Positions 35,359 to 46,415 of a DNA stretch of 64,000 nt are shown here, piece after piece. Origin of the DNA: Tricharina praecox. Its lineage: Eukaryota. Below the pieces are notes generated by a model. The model ran no database searches. It saw only the letters and a program-made list of their open reading frames with translations, and was not told the DNA's origin. How positions within the stretch are numbered: the stretch's first letter is position 1; each line of letters starts with the position of its first letter. The stretch spans positions 744,001 to 808,000 of the forward strand of contig NW_026250405.1 in assembly GCF_024521635.1 (NCBI RefSeq), in the 5' to 3' direction. The position numbers were made by a program, and so were the translations under genes.

Positions 35359-36372
35359 ATGCGCACTTCTACCATTCTCTTCCTGACCTCCGCGGCCGTC
35401 GGATTCGTCGCCGCCAACCCCGTTGCCCACAACGACTACTACGAGAAGCCCAAGGCCGTCGAGCACAAGTACGAGGCTCCCAAGAAGACCTACGTTGCTC
35501 CCAAGAAGGACGACCACTACTACGACGATAACAAGCACACCTACGTCGCTCCCAAGAAGACCTACGTTGCCCCCAAGAAGGACGACCACTACTACGACGA
35601 TTCCAAGAACACCTACGTCGCCCCCAAGAAGGACCACTACTACGAGGCTCCCAAGAAGACTTACGTCGCTCCCAAGAAGACCTACGTTGCCCCCAAGAAG
35701 GACGACCACTACTACGACGATTCCAAGAACACCTACGTCACCCCCAAGAAGGACCACTACTACGAGGCTCCCAAGAAGACTTACGTCGCTCCCAAGAAGA
35801 CCTACGTTGCCCCCAAGAAGGACGACCACTACTACGACGATAACAAGCACACCTACGTCGCCCCCAAGAAGACCTACGTCGCCCCCAGCAAGAACAGCTA
35901 CTATGAGGCGCCCAAGAAGACTTACGTCGCCCCCAAGAAGGACCACTACTACGAGGCTCCCAAGAAGACCTACGTCGCCCCCAAGAAGGATCACTACTAC
36001 GAGGCCCCCAAGAAGACTTACGTCGCTCCCAAGAAGACCTACGTTGCGCCCAAGAAGGACGACCACTACTACGACGACTCCCGCAACACCTACGTCGCGC
36101 CCAGCAAGAACGGCCACTACGAGGCTCCCAAGAAGGCCTACGTCGAGCCCAAGAAGACCTCGTACACTCCCCAGTACAAGGACACCAAGACCTACGTCGC
36201 TCCTAAGAAGACCTACGTCGAGCCCAAGAAGACCTACGTTGCCCCTAAGCACGACGACGAGTACGAGCACGACCACGACGACCACTCCGATGACGAGTAC
36301 GAGCACGAGCACGAGAACGGCTCCAAGCACGATCACTCCGATGACAGCTACAAGCACGGCGCCACCTACTAA
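35359..36372 (+). CDS. Secreted Tyr/Lys/Pro/His-rich tandem-repeat protein (337 aa)
   Basis: Signal peptide MRTSTILFLTSAAVGFVAA, 14 exact TYVAPKK plus variants, DHYYEAPKK and DDHYYDDxKx spacers, and an acidic His-rich tail. Strong C-ending/AAG codon bias identifies this as the real frame. Confidence 0.88.
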   Translation: MRTSTILFLTSAAVGFVAANPVAHNDYYEKPKAVEHKYEAPKKTYVAPKKDDHYYDDNKHTYVAPKKTYVAPKKDDHYYDDSKNTYVAPKKDHYYEAPKKTYVAPKKTYVAPKKDDHYYDDSKNTYVTPKKDHYYEAPKKTYVAPKKTYVAPKKDDHYYDDNKHTYVAPKKTYVAPSKNSYYEAPKKTYVAPKKDHYYEAPKKTYVAPKKDHYYEAPKKTYVAPKKTYVAPKKDDHYYDDSRNTYVAPSKNGHYEAPKKAYVEPKKTSYTPQYKDTKTYVAPKKTYVEPKKTYVAPKHDDEYEHDHDDHSDDEYEHEHENGSKHDHSDDSYKHGATY

Positions 36373-37683
36373 GCGGTTGGCACGCATGAGACGGTCCGGA
36401 TTGGCTGGCTGGGAATTTGTACTTCTAGTGAAAAGTCTGGCATGAGTTGACGGAGAGAGAGAGGGGTGCGGCCTGTAATGTGTATTGAGAGATGCTTTTC
36501 GTTGCATTCGGGATGGAAAGCAGTTGGCGGATGGTTACTAGCGGAGGATTTAATGATAATATAAACTTTTTCTTCTGGATTTGATTGCATCGATTTGGGC
36601 CGGCGGTGGCTTACAAGTGATCAAATTATATGCAGAGAGCGTAGTCAGCAACTCGAGTGTATCGATAACCAGATAATAGGTAGAAAACTACCTCTTCCAA
36701 AAGCGTGAGCGCCTCTCGGTACTCTAGCGAGTGACTCGGGGATATTGCTCCATAACTTAGACCGCAGGAGTCAGATAGAGGTGCAAGCATAGATATCCCG
36801 GTAATTACACTTATGTGGGGAACCGCAGTGATCCCGCTGTCCGAAGAGGACGTGGTAACGGGGGGAAGTTTTTCTCCCGGAAGGTAAATTACGAGGTACG
36901 TACCAGTTCTTCAAGCGATATTTATCCTACGTACATAGCAGCCAGTGCTAGCCACAGGCGTATACCTACGGCACTGCCATCATCGCCCATGGTTGTGTGG
37001 TGTATACCGGATCGCACACAGCCCAGTCCAGCCCGGCATACCTAGATCCTTAAAAAAATCTGTACATACATAATTATGGATCTTTGCATGTCTCCGAGCT
37101 GGAACAATTAACCAGCTTCCCAATCCATTGTCAACCACTTGCAAGGCCCAAGATATGACTGCACAGACGGCTCGTCCGAACGCAACGGAACCGAGTGCTG
37201 CCTAGGATCATACAATCGCACTGGATTATCTCGTATATCACCCCACGCCTTTTAAAACAGAGGTACCACCCTGTTGTTTCTATCTAGTCCTTGTCCAGTG
37301 CTGCAGACCCTAAGGCGAGACTCGTTAATGAGGCTTGAGATGTCTCGTGGTTTCTGCAACATCACCCGATCGGATTTGAGAAGGTCTTGTACTAGTCAAC
37401 CTACCAAACATCATGATCTAATGATGCGGTGACATAACCACCCCGCAGCCACGATTTTCTTCAAACTTTAGCTACGTAAGAATCTTTATATCAGTATACA
37501 TCGTAAATTTGCGTCTCAGAGCTGCAATTGAATGCAGACGGGTTAAGTTATCAGAGACCTCACGGTCGATCACTCGCGCCAAACTATTCGTCAGATAGGG
37601 CTACTAGTAGCCAAAGATTCAGCGCCTTAGCTTTCGCGTAACCGATATCTACTCTATGTACTCCCTGATAGCACACGCTCCCA

Positions 37684-38562
37684 TCACCGCTGCGGCTTCA
37701 CCAACATTTTCTCGCCCGCATCCTCACGGTACATTGCCCTCCGCTGCCACTGCCGTCCAAAATACCAGCCGATAGCACCAACGGCCATGACGGCCATCGT
37801 CACACCCACACCCACGCCCACGACCGCCGCCTTCGACATTCCCCCGCTGCTCCGTCCCACCACAGCCGTTTCGACCGGCACCGCCGCACCTGTCCCAGTC
37901 CCACCAGTCGCGGTCCCACCAGTCGCACCGGCCGTCCCAGTCCCAGTCCCGCTAATCCTCCCCGTCCCCGTCCCCGTCCCAGTCGCGGTCGCGGTCGCAG
38001 CCCCAGCCCCATTCCCGGTCTCCGTAATCGTAGCCGTCTCTATCCCAGTCTCTGTCGCCAGCGCGCCAACGCCCACCGTGAAAGCGCTAGTAAACGCGCT
38101 CTTAGGCGCGCCGTCCACGAGCGGATTCGCAAAGACCTCTGGGTTGGGCAGGCATATGCCGTTCTTTGTGTCGCAGTACTCGAGCTGCGCGTCGCAGCAC
38201 CACGAGTAGTCGTCGCGCTTGCACTGCTTTTGGTTCTGGGTTTGTGAAGTGCAGGATGAGGAGGCGGCGCCGTAGCGCCAGCAGGTTGTACTAGGTGCCC
38301 GAGAGTTAGTAGGGGTGGTGAGAGGGGGGCGGGGGAAGGGGGGGAAGTACTGGTTCGCGGGGCAGCACCACACAATCCCCGTCGTGTTCACGACGGCGCA
38401 CCCGCCATACGTTGCGGGGTAGCCGGAGTGGCAGGGGAGGCTGGAGCACTCGTAGGCGAGGCCGCGGTTGGCGGGGTTGTAGGTGAAGTCTATCCCTGTG
38501 TCTGCCGCCAGCACGACGGCCGCCGGAACCACCAGTAGGAAGAGTGTGGGTGTGAACCGCAT
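37684..38562 (-). CDS. Secreted Cys-rich, Thr/Gly-rich single-pass membrane protein; probable 60-bp intron 38350-38291
   Basis: Signal peptide, Cys-rich ectodomain (WCCP..C..C..WCC..YC..CLP), TG-rich stalk, TM segment AAVVGVGVGVTMAVMAVGAIGWYF and a basic tail. In-frame GTACTT..ACTAAC..TAG intron. Confidence 0.8.
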   Translation of the reverse strand: MRFTPTLFLLVVPAAVVLAADTGIDFTYNPANRGLAYECSSLPCHSGYPATYGGCAVVNTTGIVWCCPANQYFPPFPRPPLTTPTNSRAPSTTCWRYGAASSSCTSQTQNQKQCKRDDYSWCCDAQLEYCDTKNGICLPNPEVFANPLVDGAPKSAFTSAFTVGVGALATETGIETATITETGNGAGAATATATGTGTGTGRISGTGTGTAGATGGTATGGTGTGAAVPVETAVVGRSSGGMSKAAVVGVGVGVTMAVMAVGAIGWYFGRQWQRRAMYREDAGEKMLVKPQR

Positions 38563-39521
38563 TGTTTTGGAGAAACGAGTGATGCCGCGTGCCGCGTGAC
38601 GTGTGATCAGCTGGCTCGGTGAATCGGGATGCGGTACTTACGCATCTACAGGACTTAAGGGTCTTTATACATACCCGCCGATCGGGGGAAGACGCGCAGC
38701 CCCGCCAGCCAGCCAACCAACAGTGCCACGTCGACAAGATGGGCCTTCTTCTTCTTGGTTCCCCAGTGAGACACCCTGGCTGCTGGGACTAGCGGGCGAA
38801 AGAGCGAATCTGAAAAAAGCAAATATGCACGGCGAGAAGACCATCGGTGCGCAGATCCAGCCGCAGCGAACGCGGTATGTTCGTAGAGTACCTGCCGAGT
38901 TGTCTCAACCCTCGCGAGAAAACAAATAGGACGGAATAATTCTACTTCTATGTGAATAGTAGATTGAAAGAGCTCGCTTTCGTCTCCGGGCGGAATTTGC
39001 CAGCTACGAGAATCGAACTTGAATCGCGTTGTCGGTCGGCCCTTTGCCTTTATGTAGTATCAAGAGTAAACTAGTTAGGTACGCAGCATCCGGCATCATC
39101 ACTCGCCCAAGAGAGGCGGGATAATGGATTTCTAACTGTCAAAAGAACTCCAAGTCGCCGACAATCTCTTCCCCGTTTATGGGAGTATTTGTGAGGATTC
39201 TTCACAAAAGCTTTATTGCCATCTACCGGCAATAACTTGCGGGCTCTACTAATGCCATATGGATTATGTATCAATCAATGTTTTCACCCACTTCGTGATA
39301 TACCGGTAATCAGCGAGGTTGGTTTGGATATTTTATCTGCTACTAAATAGTATTACTTCCGTAGTTTGTTTGTTTGCTTGTCAACCGATGGGTACAGCGG
39401 GGTGAACTTGCTGAAATGGATTTTTATGCGCCTCTGGACCATGGCATGGTAACTGGTATGTATTTCGGAATCGTCGGCATAGTTATTGATGGGCTACCTA
39501 CATAATTGCGATACATTCTAA

Positions 39522-39635
39522 GACGAGCTATTGATTCCAAGAAGAGCCATTCATTCTGAGGCGAGCCATTCATTCTCAGACAAGCCATTCATTCTCAGAC
39601 AAGCCATTCATTACAAGACGAGCCATTCGTTCTAG
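39522..39635. repeat. 19-bp minisatellite (GAC[A/G]AGCCATTCATTCTCA)x6, degenerate
   Basis: Six consecutive 19-nt units with point differences. Confidence 0.88.
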
Positions 39636-40134
39636 AACGTATGTAGAAGTATGTGCTATTGTACTGCTATTGTCACCACTTCCACCTGGCTGAATAGGTA
39701 CCTATGAGCAGTAGACAGTCAAGCTACGGCCTTGCCCATAGTGTATCATTCACTTGTAAATACAATTCCCGCTCACCCCTCCGATCTCAGCCATAGATGA
39801 GTAGAGTTTCTCTTCCTTTCCCCCTAACTATCCACGCTGAGCAATGAAAAACAAACAAACATGTAAAGCGTCTATCTGCGGTATGAATTACAGATATAGC
39901 AGAAAGACCCATCAGAACAATGAATCATGGTATACGCAACCCCCCCCCCCCCCCCCCAGAAAAAGTCAAAACACCACCGTGACTTAAGAAATAGCAAGGC
40001 AAGACAAGACAAGACAAGACAAGACAAACAACGCCACCGCCCCACCCCCCTCCCCCCCCCCGGGCTCCAGAACACCGTCTAGATCCACAAAAGAAACCGC
40101 AGCCCGCATGCGTCTCAAGAAGACAATCCCCCCT

Positions 40135-41760
40135 CTAGCACGCAATCATGCCCATATTCATCCTCAGTAAATTCACAATATTCAGCTTCTGGAACGACCA
40201 GGCAACAGCCAGCGCATTCTCGCCACGCTTGTCCATCGCTTTGGCGCTGGCCCCGGCCTTGAGCAGCCGCCTAACCACCTCCTCATGTCCCTCTCTGCAG
40301 GCATGATGCAGCGGCGTCATTCCATCTTCATCCTTGCTCCTCACATCCGCACCATTCTCTATCAACAGTTGAACCATGTCGACATTTATATGAACCGCGC
40401 ACTGTGCGCACGCACGGCTGAGCGGGGACATGCCGACCCTGTCCTTGATGTTGATGTCGGCGCCGTGTTCGAGGAGCTTGCGGACTACATCCTCCTGGCC
40501 ATGCTCAACGGCGTAGTAGAGTGGTGTTTGCTTCTCGCGGTCTTTGGCGTCGACCGAGGCGAAGTTTTTAATGAGCATCTCGATCGCAGGGATCCGGCCG
40601 GAGGAGGCGGCCTCGTGGAGGGCGGTCGCTTTGCAGAAGTCTGTTGCGTTCACGTTTGCTCCTTTCTCGATGAAGAGGGCCAATGCGTCTGTGGTTCTAG
40701 CGGCGGCGGCACGAAAGAGGGGGGTTTGGCCGTTGTTATAGGAGGCGTAATTGATGTCGGCGCCGTGCTCGATGAGCATTGACAGGAGTGACACTGGTGG
40801 GGATTTGCGGGAGTCGAAGGCATAAGTTAGAAGTGGTTGTCCGGCGCCGCATAGCGTTTTGTTCAGGAGGCCTCTTGTGTCTTTTGCGAGAAAGAGTCTG
40901 ACGACTGATTCGCGCGTGTACCGTACTGCGCGGTGGATTGGGGCCTCGCCGTGGATGTTGTGTTGGTACAGGGGGGCGCCAGCTGCGAGGAGGAGCTCTG
41001 CTACTCGATGATGACCTCGTGCTGCCGCACCGTGGAGCGGTGAATTACCATCCGGGCTGCCGATTAGGGACACCCCAGCGTCGTAGCTGATCAGGTACTT
41101 GCAAGTATCGTGATGGCCTTCCTTAGCAGCTAGGTGAAGCGGTGTGATGCCTTGCGAATCCGCAGCATCATGGTCGGCACCGAGGGAGATCAAGAAGCGG
41201 ATGACGGCGTCATGTCCATTCTGGGCAGCACAGTGCAAGAGGGTTCTCTGAGAAGGGACGATTTTCTGCTCAATAGCCGACGGCAGTCTCGATAGGATGT
41301 ATTTCACGACGTCTTCCTGGCCCATCGCACAAGCAACATGAAGTGGCATCCTGCCCCGGTCATCGCGCGTCATGGCCAAGTACGAGCGATACATGAATTC
41401 GGTAAGCTCTAAGTGACCACAAGCTGCGGCTCGGTGAAAGGGCGTCTGACCATCGAAAGGTCTTGGGTCAGACAGATTGGCACCGCAGGAAATCAGCCGG
41501 CGCGCGGTGTTCAATTGATCGAACTCGGCAGCCCAGTGCAGGGGGGTTCCAGTGTTGGTATAAAGTTTAGCTCCAACTTTGTAGAGTTCAGTGGTGAGAA
41601 GGGCGTGCAGGTAGCGGCCCGTCCGGACGATTGAAGCGAGGTCCTTAATGGGAAGATTTGAGGCAATCATCAAGAGAAGCTCATTCGGAAACGACAGTAG
41701 GGGCAACGCCTGCGGGGTGGTGGGGGGTTTTGAGCTCATTGTTGGGGGTTCGGAACTCAT
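40135..41760 (-). CDS. F-box-like plus ankyrin-repeat protein
   Basis: N-terminal LLSFPNELLLMIASNLPIKDLASIVRTGRYLHALL (F-box-like), followed by more than 10 G.TPLH.AA..G ankyrin repeats. First in-frame ATG at 41760; possible 5' UTR introns upstream. Confidence 0.85.
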   Translation of the reverse strand: MSSEPPTMSSKPPTTPQALPLLSFPNELLLMIASNLPIKDLASIVRTGRYLHALLTTELYKVGAKLYTNTGTPLHWAAEFDQLNTARRLISCGANLSDPRPFDGQTPFHRAAACGHLELTEFMYRSYLAMTRDDRGRMPLHVACAMGQEDVVKYILSRLPSAIEQKIVPSQRTLLHCAAQNGHDAVIRFLISLGADHDAADSQGITPLHLAAKEGHHDTCKYLISYDAGVSLIGSPDGNSPLHGAAARGHHRVAELLLAAGAPLYQHNIHGEAPIHRAVRYTRESVVRLFLAKDTRGLLNKTLCGAGQPLLTYAFDSRKSPPVSLLSMLIEHGADINYASYNNGQTPLFRAAAARTTDALALFIEKGANVNATDFCKATALHEAASSGRIPAIEMLIKNFASVDAKDREKQTPLYYAVEHGQEDVVRKLLEHGADINIKDRVGMSPLSRACAQCAVHINVDMVQLLIENGADVRSKDEDGMTPLHHACREGHEEVVRRLLKAGASAKAMDKRGENALAVAWSFQKLNIVNLLRMNMGMIAC

Positions 41761-43996
41761 GGCGATAGCGGTCGGAGCTTCGTGTGTGGGTGCTCCGGTC
41801 GACAACGTTCTAGAAAGCTTGAAAGCAAATGAGTTTCCTGGAGGATTCTTTTATAATGAAGATATTGTACCTGATTGCGGGGGAAACAATTCGGGGCCGA
41901 CACAAACGACTGTAGGGCGGGTATTTCGGCAAACTGGGAGCCGTGAACCGGGAGCCGATTCGACCTATCAGACTATTCTTACCGGAAGTGCAGAACTTGT
42001 GCGGCAGCGAAACGAAGGAGGCCTCTGAAGCTCCGATAGGTATTGAGATGTGGTGATGTGTGATGGCGATGGAGGGATGGAATGGTAGTGTGAAGGTGTT
42101 GAGGTGTGGAGATGTTGAGGAGTGGAGGTGTTGAAGAGTGGAGGTGTTGCGGTGTTACGGTGTCTCGGGGGGGAGTTAGCAAATAACGGAAGGAGAGGTT
42201 AGACGAGGATAAGAGAGCTCGGGGTTGATAAGAGCTAGGGAATGGGAGCGAAGTGTGTCCGCCGTAACATAGTGGGACAGCACGGTGGGACGATAGAGGA
42301 TGGCGCTAGTGACAGGACAAGTAATTGAACCGCAGCAAGGTCCACCCACCAAACTACATATTCTGCAAGGATCCCCCGCATCGGAACAAGAGGCGACCAG
42401 TTGGAGCGATTTTCTGGCACCGTTGAAGGGGCCCCACTCCTGCGAACCGATTAGCCGCTCCCTGCGATGATCAGAAGTCTTCAAACTCTACATAATTGTG
42501 GTCCGCAGTCCGTGAGAGGTGTTGCTCAACGCAGAGCCCGAGCCCGCGCTGGAATTGGGCTCGCACCGTGGGAGGTAGCGGTAGGGGTTCGACCCTGCGT
42601 GGACCCTTCATGCCCCCTTCATGCCGATAACTAGCTAACGACAGTATCAGGTCCAAGTTGAAGGCCCGGAACGTAGTAACTGCGTGCATGCCACCCTCAG
42701 TGTCCCTCACAACTGCATCTCGAGAATCAATAGAGGAGCCGTCGAATGCAGAAAACCACGTCTCTGTCCTCCTCTACGTTGACGATCGCTCCCATACCAC
42801 CCCCGCTCAGCAAATGCCCACTCGGACCACTCGGGAGTCCTCCCTACATGGACTGGGGTGTGTATGTAGGATCGTACCGGCGCATCACGGAGAGGGCCAT
42901 CTCACTGGCGGTCTCAAACTGCCGACATCCCAAATTATCTCGCCTACATCAAATAACGCCCGTCACCTCTACTTTACTTTATTCTGAAGTTCAAGGAAAG
43001 CATACTCGATAAACCCCTCAGGGTTGTTCTTCGGAATTCTTCAGTGTTTCGAACCATCCATTCAATGGCAGTTCGCTGTACACACAGAGTGGAGTGGGAT
43101 GGATACTTAGGCGTGCATACTATAATCCGCTACTTTGTTGCGCCGTCCGCCATCATGTGCACCTATGTAGCATAAGAACCCCGCATTATAGTTTCTATTT
43201 TTCCCCCGATAGCAGTTGGCAGTTGGTAGTTGGCAGTTGCAGCTCGATTCTCAGGCCTCGACGTTATTTCCCTGCTATGTGTGGATACATATAACCAAAG
43301 CTACCGACGGACCAACAGACGACTGAGGACCGACCGTCGACCTTGGCTTGACATCCGCAGCCCGAAGCGGGAGTGTACCCATCGTACCCAGCGTACCCAC
43401 CGTGGCATTGCGAGGAGAGCAGATGACAGAGCTCTTGCTAACGGAAACTCAATCCCCCAAAACGTCACTAATAAGTTTGATGCTACAGAAAACACCGCAT
43501 CCGTCGTCTCGTTCTCGCCGGTATCATGCATGAAAGCGCACTCTGTCACGTAGTATCACTCGTCTCACCAAAAAAAGAGTGCGCCCTCGAACGTCACTAT
43601 TCCATGCCGAGGGTTGCAGTGGTGAAATAGTAATGTTGATAATGTAGATCAGCGCAATGATGTCGTTGTCACTAGGATCACTACATAGGAAAGCAACTCT
43701 CCAGCACGCTCAGTTCGTCCTGTCCCGCAAACCACGAACCACGAACTACAACTACAGAAGTAACCAAGCCGCTTTCAGCTCACCGTATATACTTTCTAAG
43801 AGCCCAGTCATGACGGAGCCGAACTGGAGTATATGTAGGATCATTCCCTCGCCCCGCTACCAAAGTGCTGGTCGCAACCCTTTGCGCCCTACTTAGAGCG
43901 ACCAAAGCCGCATCGTCGTATCTCCACGTGCACACAGCGGAGCGGGGCGGGACGAGCAAGGCTCGAGAGGACGGCACCGCTCACTGACTACGGTAC

Positions 43997-44866
43997 TTAG
44001 ACGGCCCACCCGCCCCAGGCGCCCCTCAGGCCATTACTCAGCACGACCCAATCACCAGGCTTTACGTCCTCCTTCATGACCACTTCCTCTTCCGCCAGTC
44101 CCCTCTCCAACGCCCACCTCCTAGTAGTCCCTTTCTGCCCGCCACTCCCCAGCACAGGGGTAACCCACCGCCACCCCGCACCCGCACCCTCACCCTCACC
44201 CTCACCCTCCCTCTTGACATAGACATAAACACTAGTCAAGCTCCCCTCCATAACCTCACCCCGGGGATTCCACAGCAGCACCTCCCTCCTCTCCGCAAAG
44301 CCCTGTATCCCCACACGCATTCTCGCATGATCATACATCCCCCTCACGGTAGTCTTAAACGTTGTGAACTCCGACGGTTCTGTCTCTTCTTGATCAAGCA
44401 CGACCGTCCAGTCCATATCCTCGCGCCCCGCCGGCAACGGCGGCAAAGGGAGCGCTTCCGGGTACAGCTGCGACAACGACACCACCGGCGTCGGCCCCAG
44501 CTCGACCGTTAACTCCCCGGTTCGCGTCAGAATCGCTTTCGCCCTCAGTGCTCCCTCCCCCTCCCTTAGTGCCCCCTCCCCCACCCCGCCGCCCGCGCCC
44601 GCGTCGTACGCATCCACGGCGTCTTGCAGCCGCCTTGCGAACGCCGAGAGCGACTGGAGCAGCGAGGTCGCGGAAGAAGGGTACGAGAAGTTCTCCGCCG
44701 CCTGCAGCATGCGGTCCCGGTGGTGCGAGAGGAGGTAGAACGGTGTGGGATGCGGCAGTGAGGAGGCGGAGGTGTTGGCTGTGCTGGAAAGGAGCAACGG
44801 GTCGTAACGGAGGGTGGTGAAGATGGAGAAGTTACCCTCTTCGGAGGAAGACGGCGGGGAGGGCAT
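43997..44866 (-). CDS. ABZ2: 4-amino-4-deoxychorismate lyase (aminotransferase class IV)
   Basis: FTTLRYDPLL, YLLSHHRDRM, FTTFKTTVRGMYD, EVLLWNPRGEVMEGSLTSVY, TPVLGSGGQKGTTRRWAL and LSNGLRG. Confidence 0.87.
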   Translation of the reverse strand: MPSPPSSSEEGNFSIFTTLRYDPLLLSSTANTSASSLPHPTPFYLLSHHRDRMLQAAENFSYPSSATSLLQSLSAFARRLQDAVDAYDAGAGGGVGEGALREGEGALRAKAILTRTGELTVELGPTPVVSLSQLYPEALPLPPLPAGREDMDWTVVLDQEETEPSEFTTFKTTVRGMYDHARMRVGIQGFAERREVLLWNPRGEVMEGSLTSVYVYVKREGEGEGEGAGAGWRWVTPVLGSGGQKGTTRRWALERGLAEEEVVMKEDVKPGDWVVLSNGLRGAWGGWAV

Positions 44867-46415
44867 CGGGTTAGGAGAGTGTTGAAGAGTGGAGGGTTGT
44901 GGGTTATTGGTTGTGGGTTATTGGTTGTGGGTTGTGGGTTGCTGGCTACATCGCGGTGGTGATGGTGATGGCGGCCTTAGTGGGGAGTGACGCCTTGGTG
45001 GGGCTGGTTGCGTGGGGCAGGCAGGGTCGGTTAGGTTAGCGCGAAGGCCTGCTTCACGAATATCACTCGCTGATCGGGCTCGTCCGACGCATCTCTCTCT
45101 CAATGTTCGGAGTGGTCACTCGGACAGCTACTTACCTCATCATACTCAGGCCTCACTCGAACGCGAAGAACTACACTCACTCGATCGAGAAGCTGCACCC
45201 GCCTCCGGAGTGGCTACATCGTGATTCGTGACCGGGTACTCCATGCGGGCGCCTGAGACCCACCCAACCACCCGACTTCGACGTGCATTCCGATCGCCGC
45301 TCCTCCAAGTCCAACCATTCCTCCGCCAACCAGGCCCTCCGCCAACCACAGCCCAACCACAACCCAACCCGCCCATCCGACATCCCATTATGCCTCCTAT
45401 CCGTCGCTCCGCCCCTCCCCTCCCTCGCAGTCACGCCAGCGGCCAGCAGACCTCCATCCATCGAATCAGCTCCGCCTCCGGCGTCCGATCACCTCACCCA
45501 CCCGTCACTTCATCACATCACACCGCATCACACCGCATCTCGCACGCGCATCTCATGCACGTCTCCATCAATCCCAAACATCATTCCGCATCCGCATAGC
45601 AACACCCCCCCTCCGAATCCGCCCCCCCTCCATCCGCCTCCGCCTCACAGCACAGCACAAGGAGCACAAGGGAATTTCATCAATCATCTGTTTCCATTCG
45701 ATTCGTAGAGTAGTTCATAGCCCATATCATATCCCATCGCATCCCATCCCATCCCATCCCATCTGTCGTTCGAAGTCGTGATATCCCGTCCTTCCCACCC
45801 AACCCGTCCACATAAAAGACCGTCATGAACAAACAAAAGAGAGTTTCGCCCTTCGCGCCGCACAACCCCGCCCAACCTCCCAACCTCCCTAGACCACCAG
45901 ACATCATCGTCTTCAAAGGAATGTAAAAGCTTCAGCGAGCGAGAAAAAGCTGAAAGCTACAAAGTAAAAAGAAATAGAAGAAATAAAAAATAGAAAGGTA
46001 AAAAGATGCCATGATATCGCATGACAAGACAAGAGAACAAACATGTTCCGTCATGACGCTCATTGGATTCCTCGTGAGGAAACGATACGAAGGAGCAAAC
46101 CAACGGCAACGGGCAGAATCAAAAGCAAAAGACATCGCAAGAGTGAGTCCCCAGCCTAAGAAAAAGTTGAAGAGGAAAAATAAAAAGAAGAGTAAGAGAA
46201 GAAGAAAGAGAAAGAAAACACACACAAAAGGCCTCCCAATGCAAAATGAAGAATGCGAACTTGACTTGCATATCCAAACCAAACCAAACCATCAAACTTC
46301 GGACGGCCAGCCCAGCCCAGCCATTAGACACCGCGAGGCCCCATGATAATCGAAAGAAAAGAAAAGAAAAAGAAAAAGAACAGCGCTCGAAAAGCTGACA
46401 AGCAAAACCATCGGA

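Noticed and set aside
35272..36507. 411-aa Val/Leu/Gly-rich antisense ORF and 340-aa Thr/Arg/Pro alternative frame
   Set aside because: Shadows of the codon-biased TYVAPKK repeat gene, which has the signal peptide and start context.
39522..39635. CRISPR-like appearance of short repeat arrays (also 29159-29252)
   Set aside because: Head-to-tail units without unique spacers, no cas genes, eukaryotic context.
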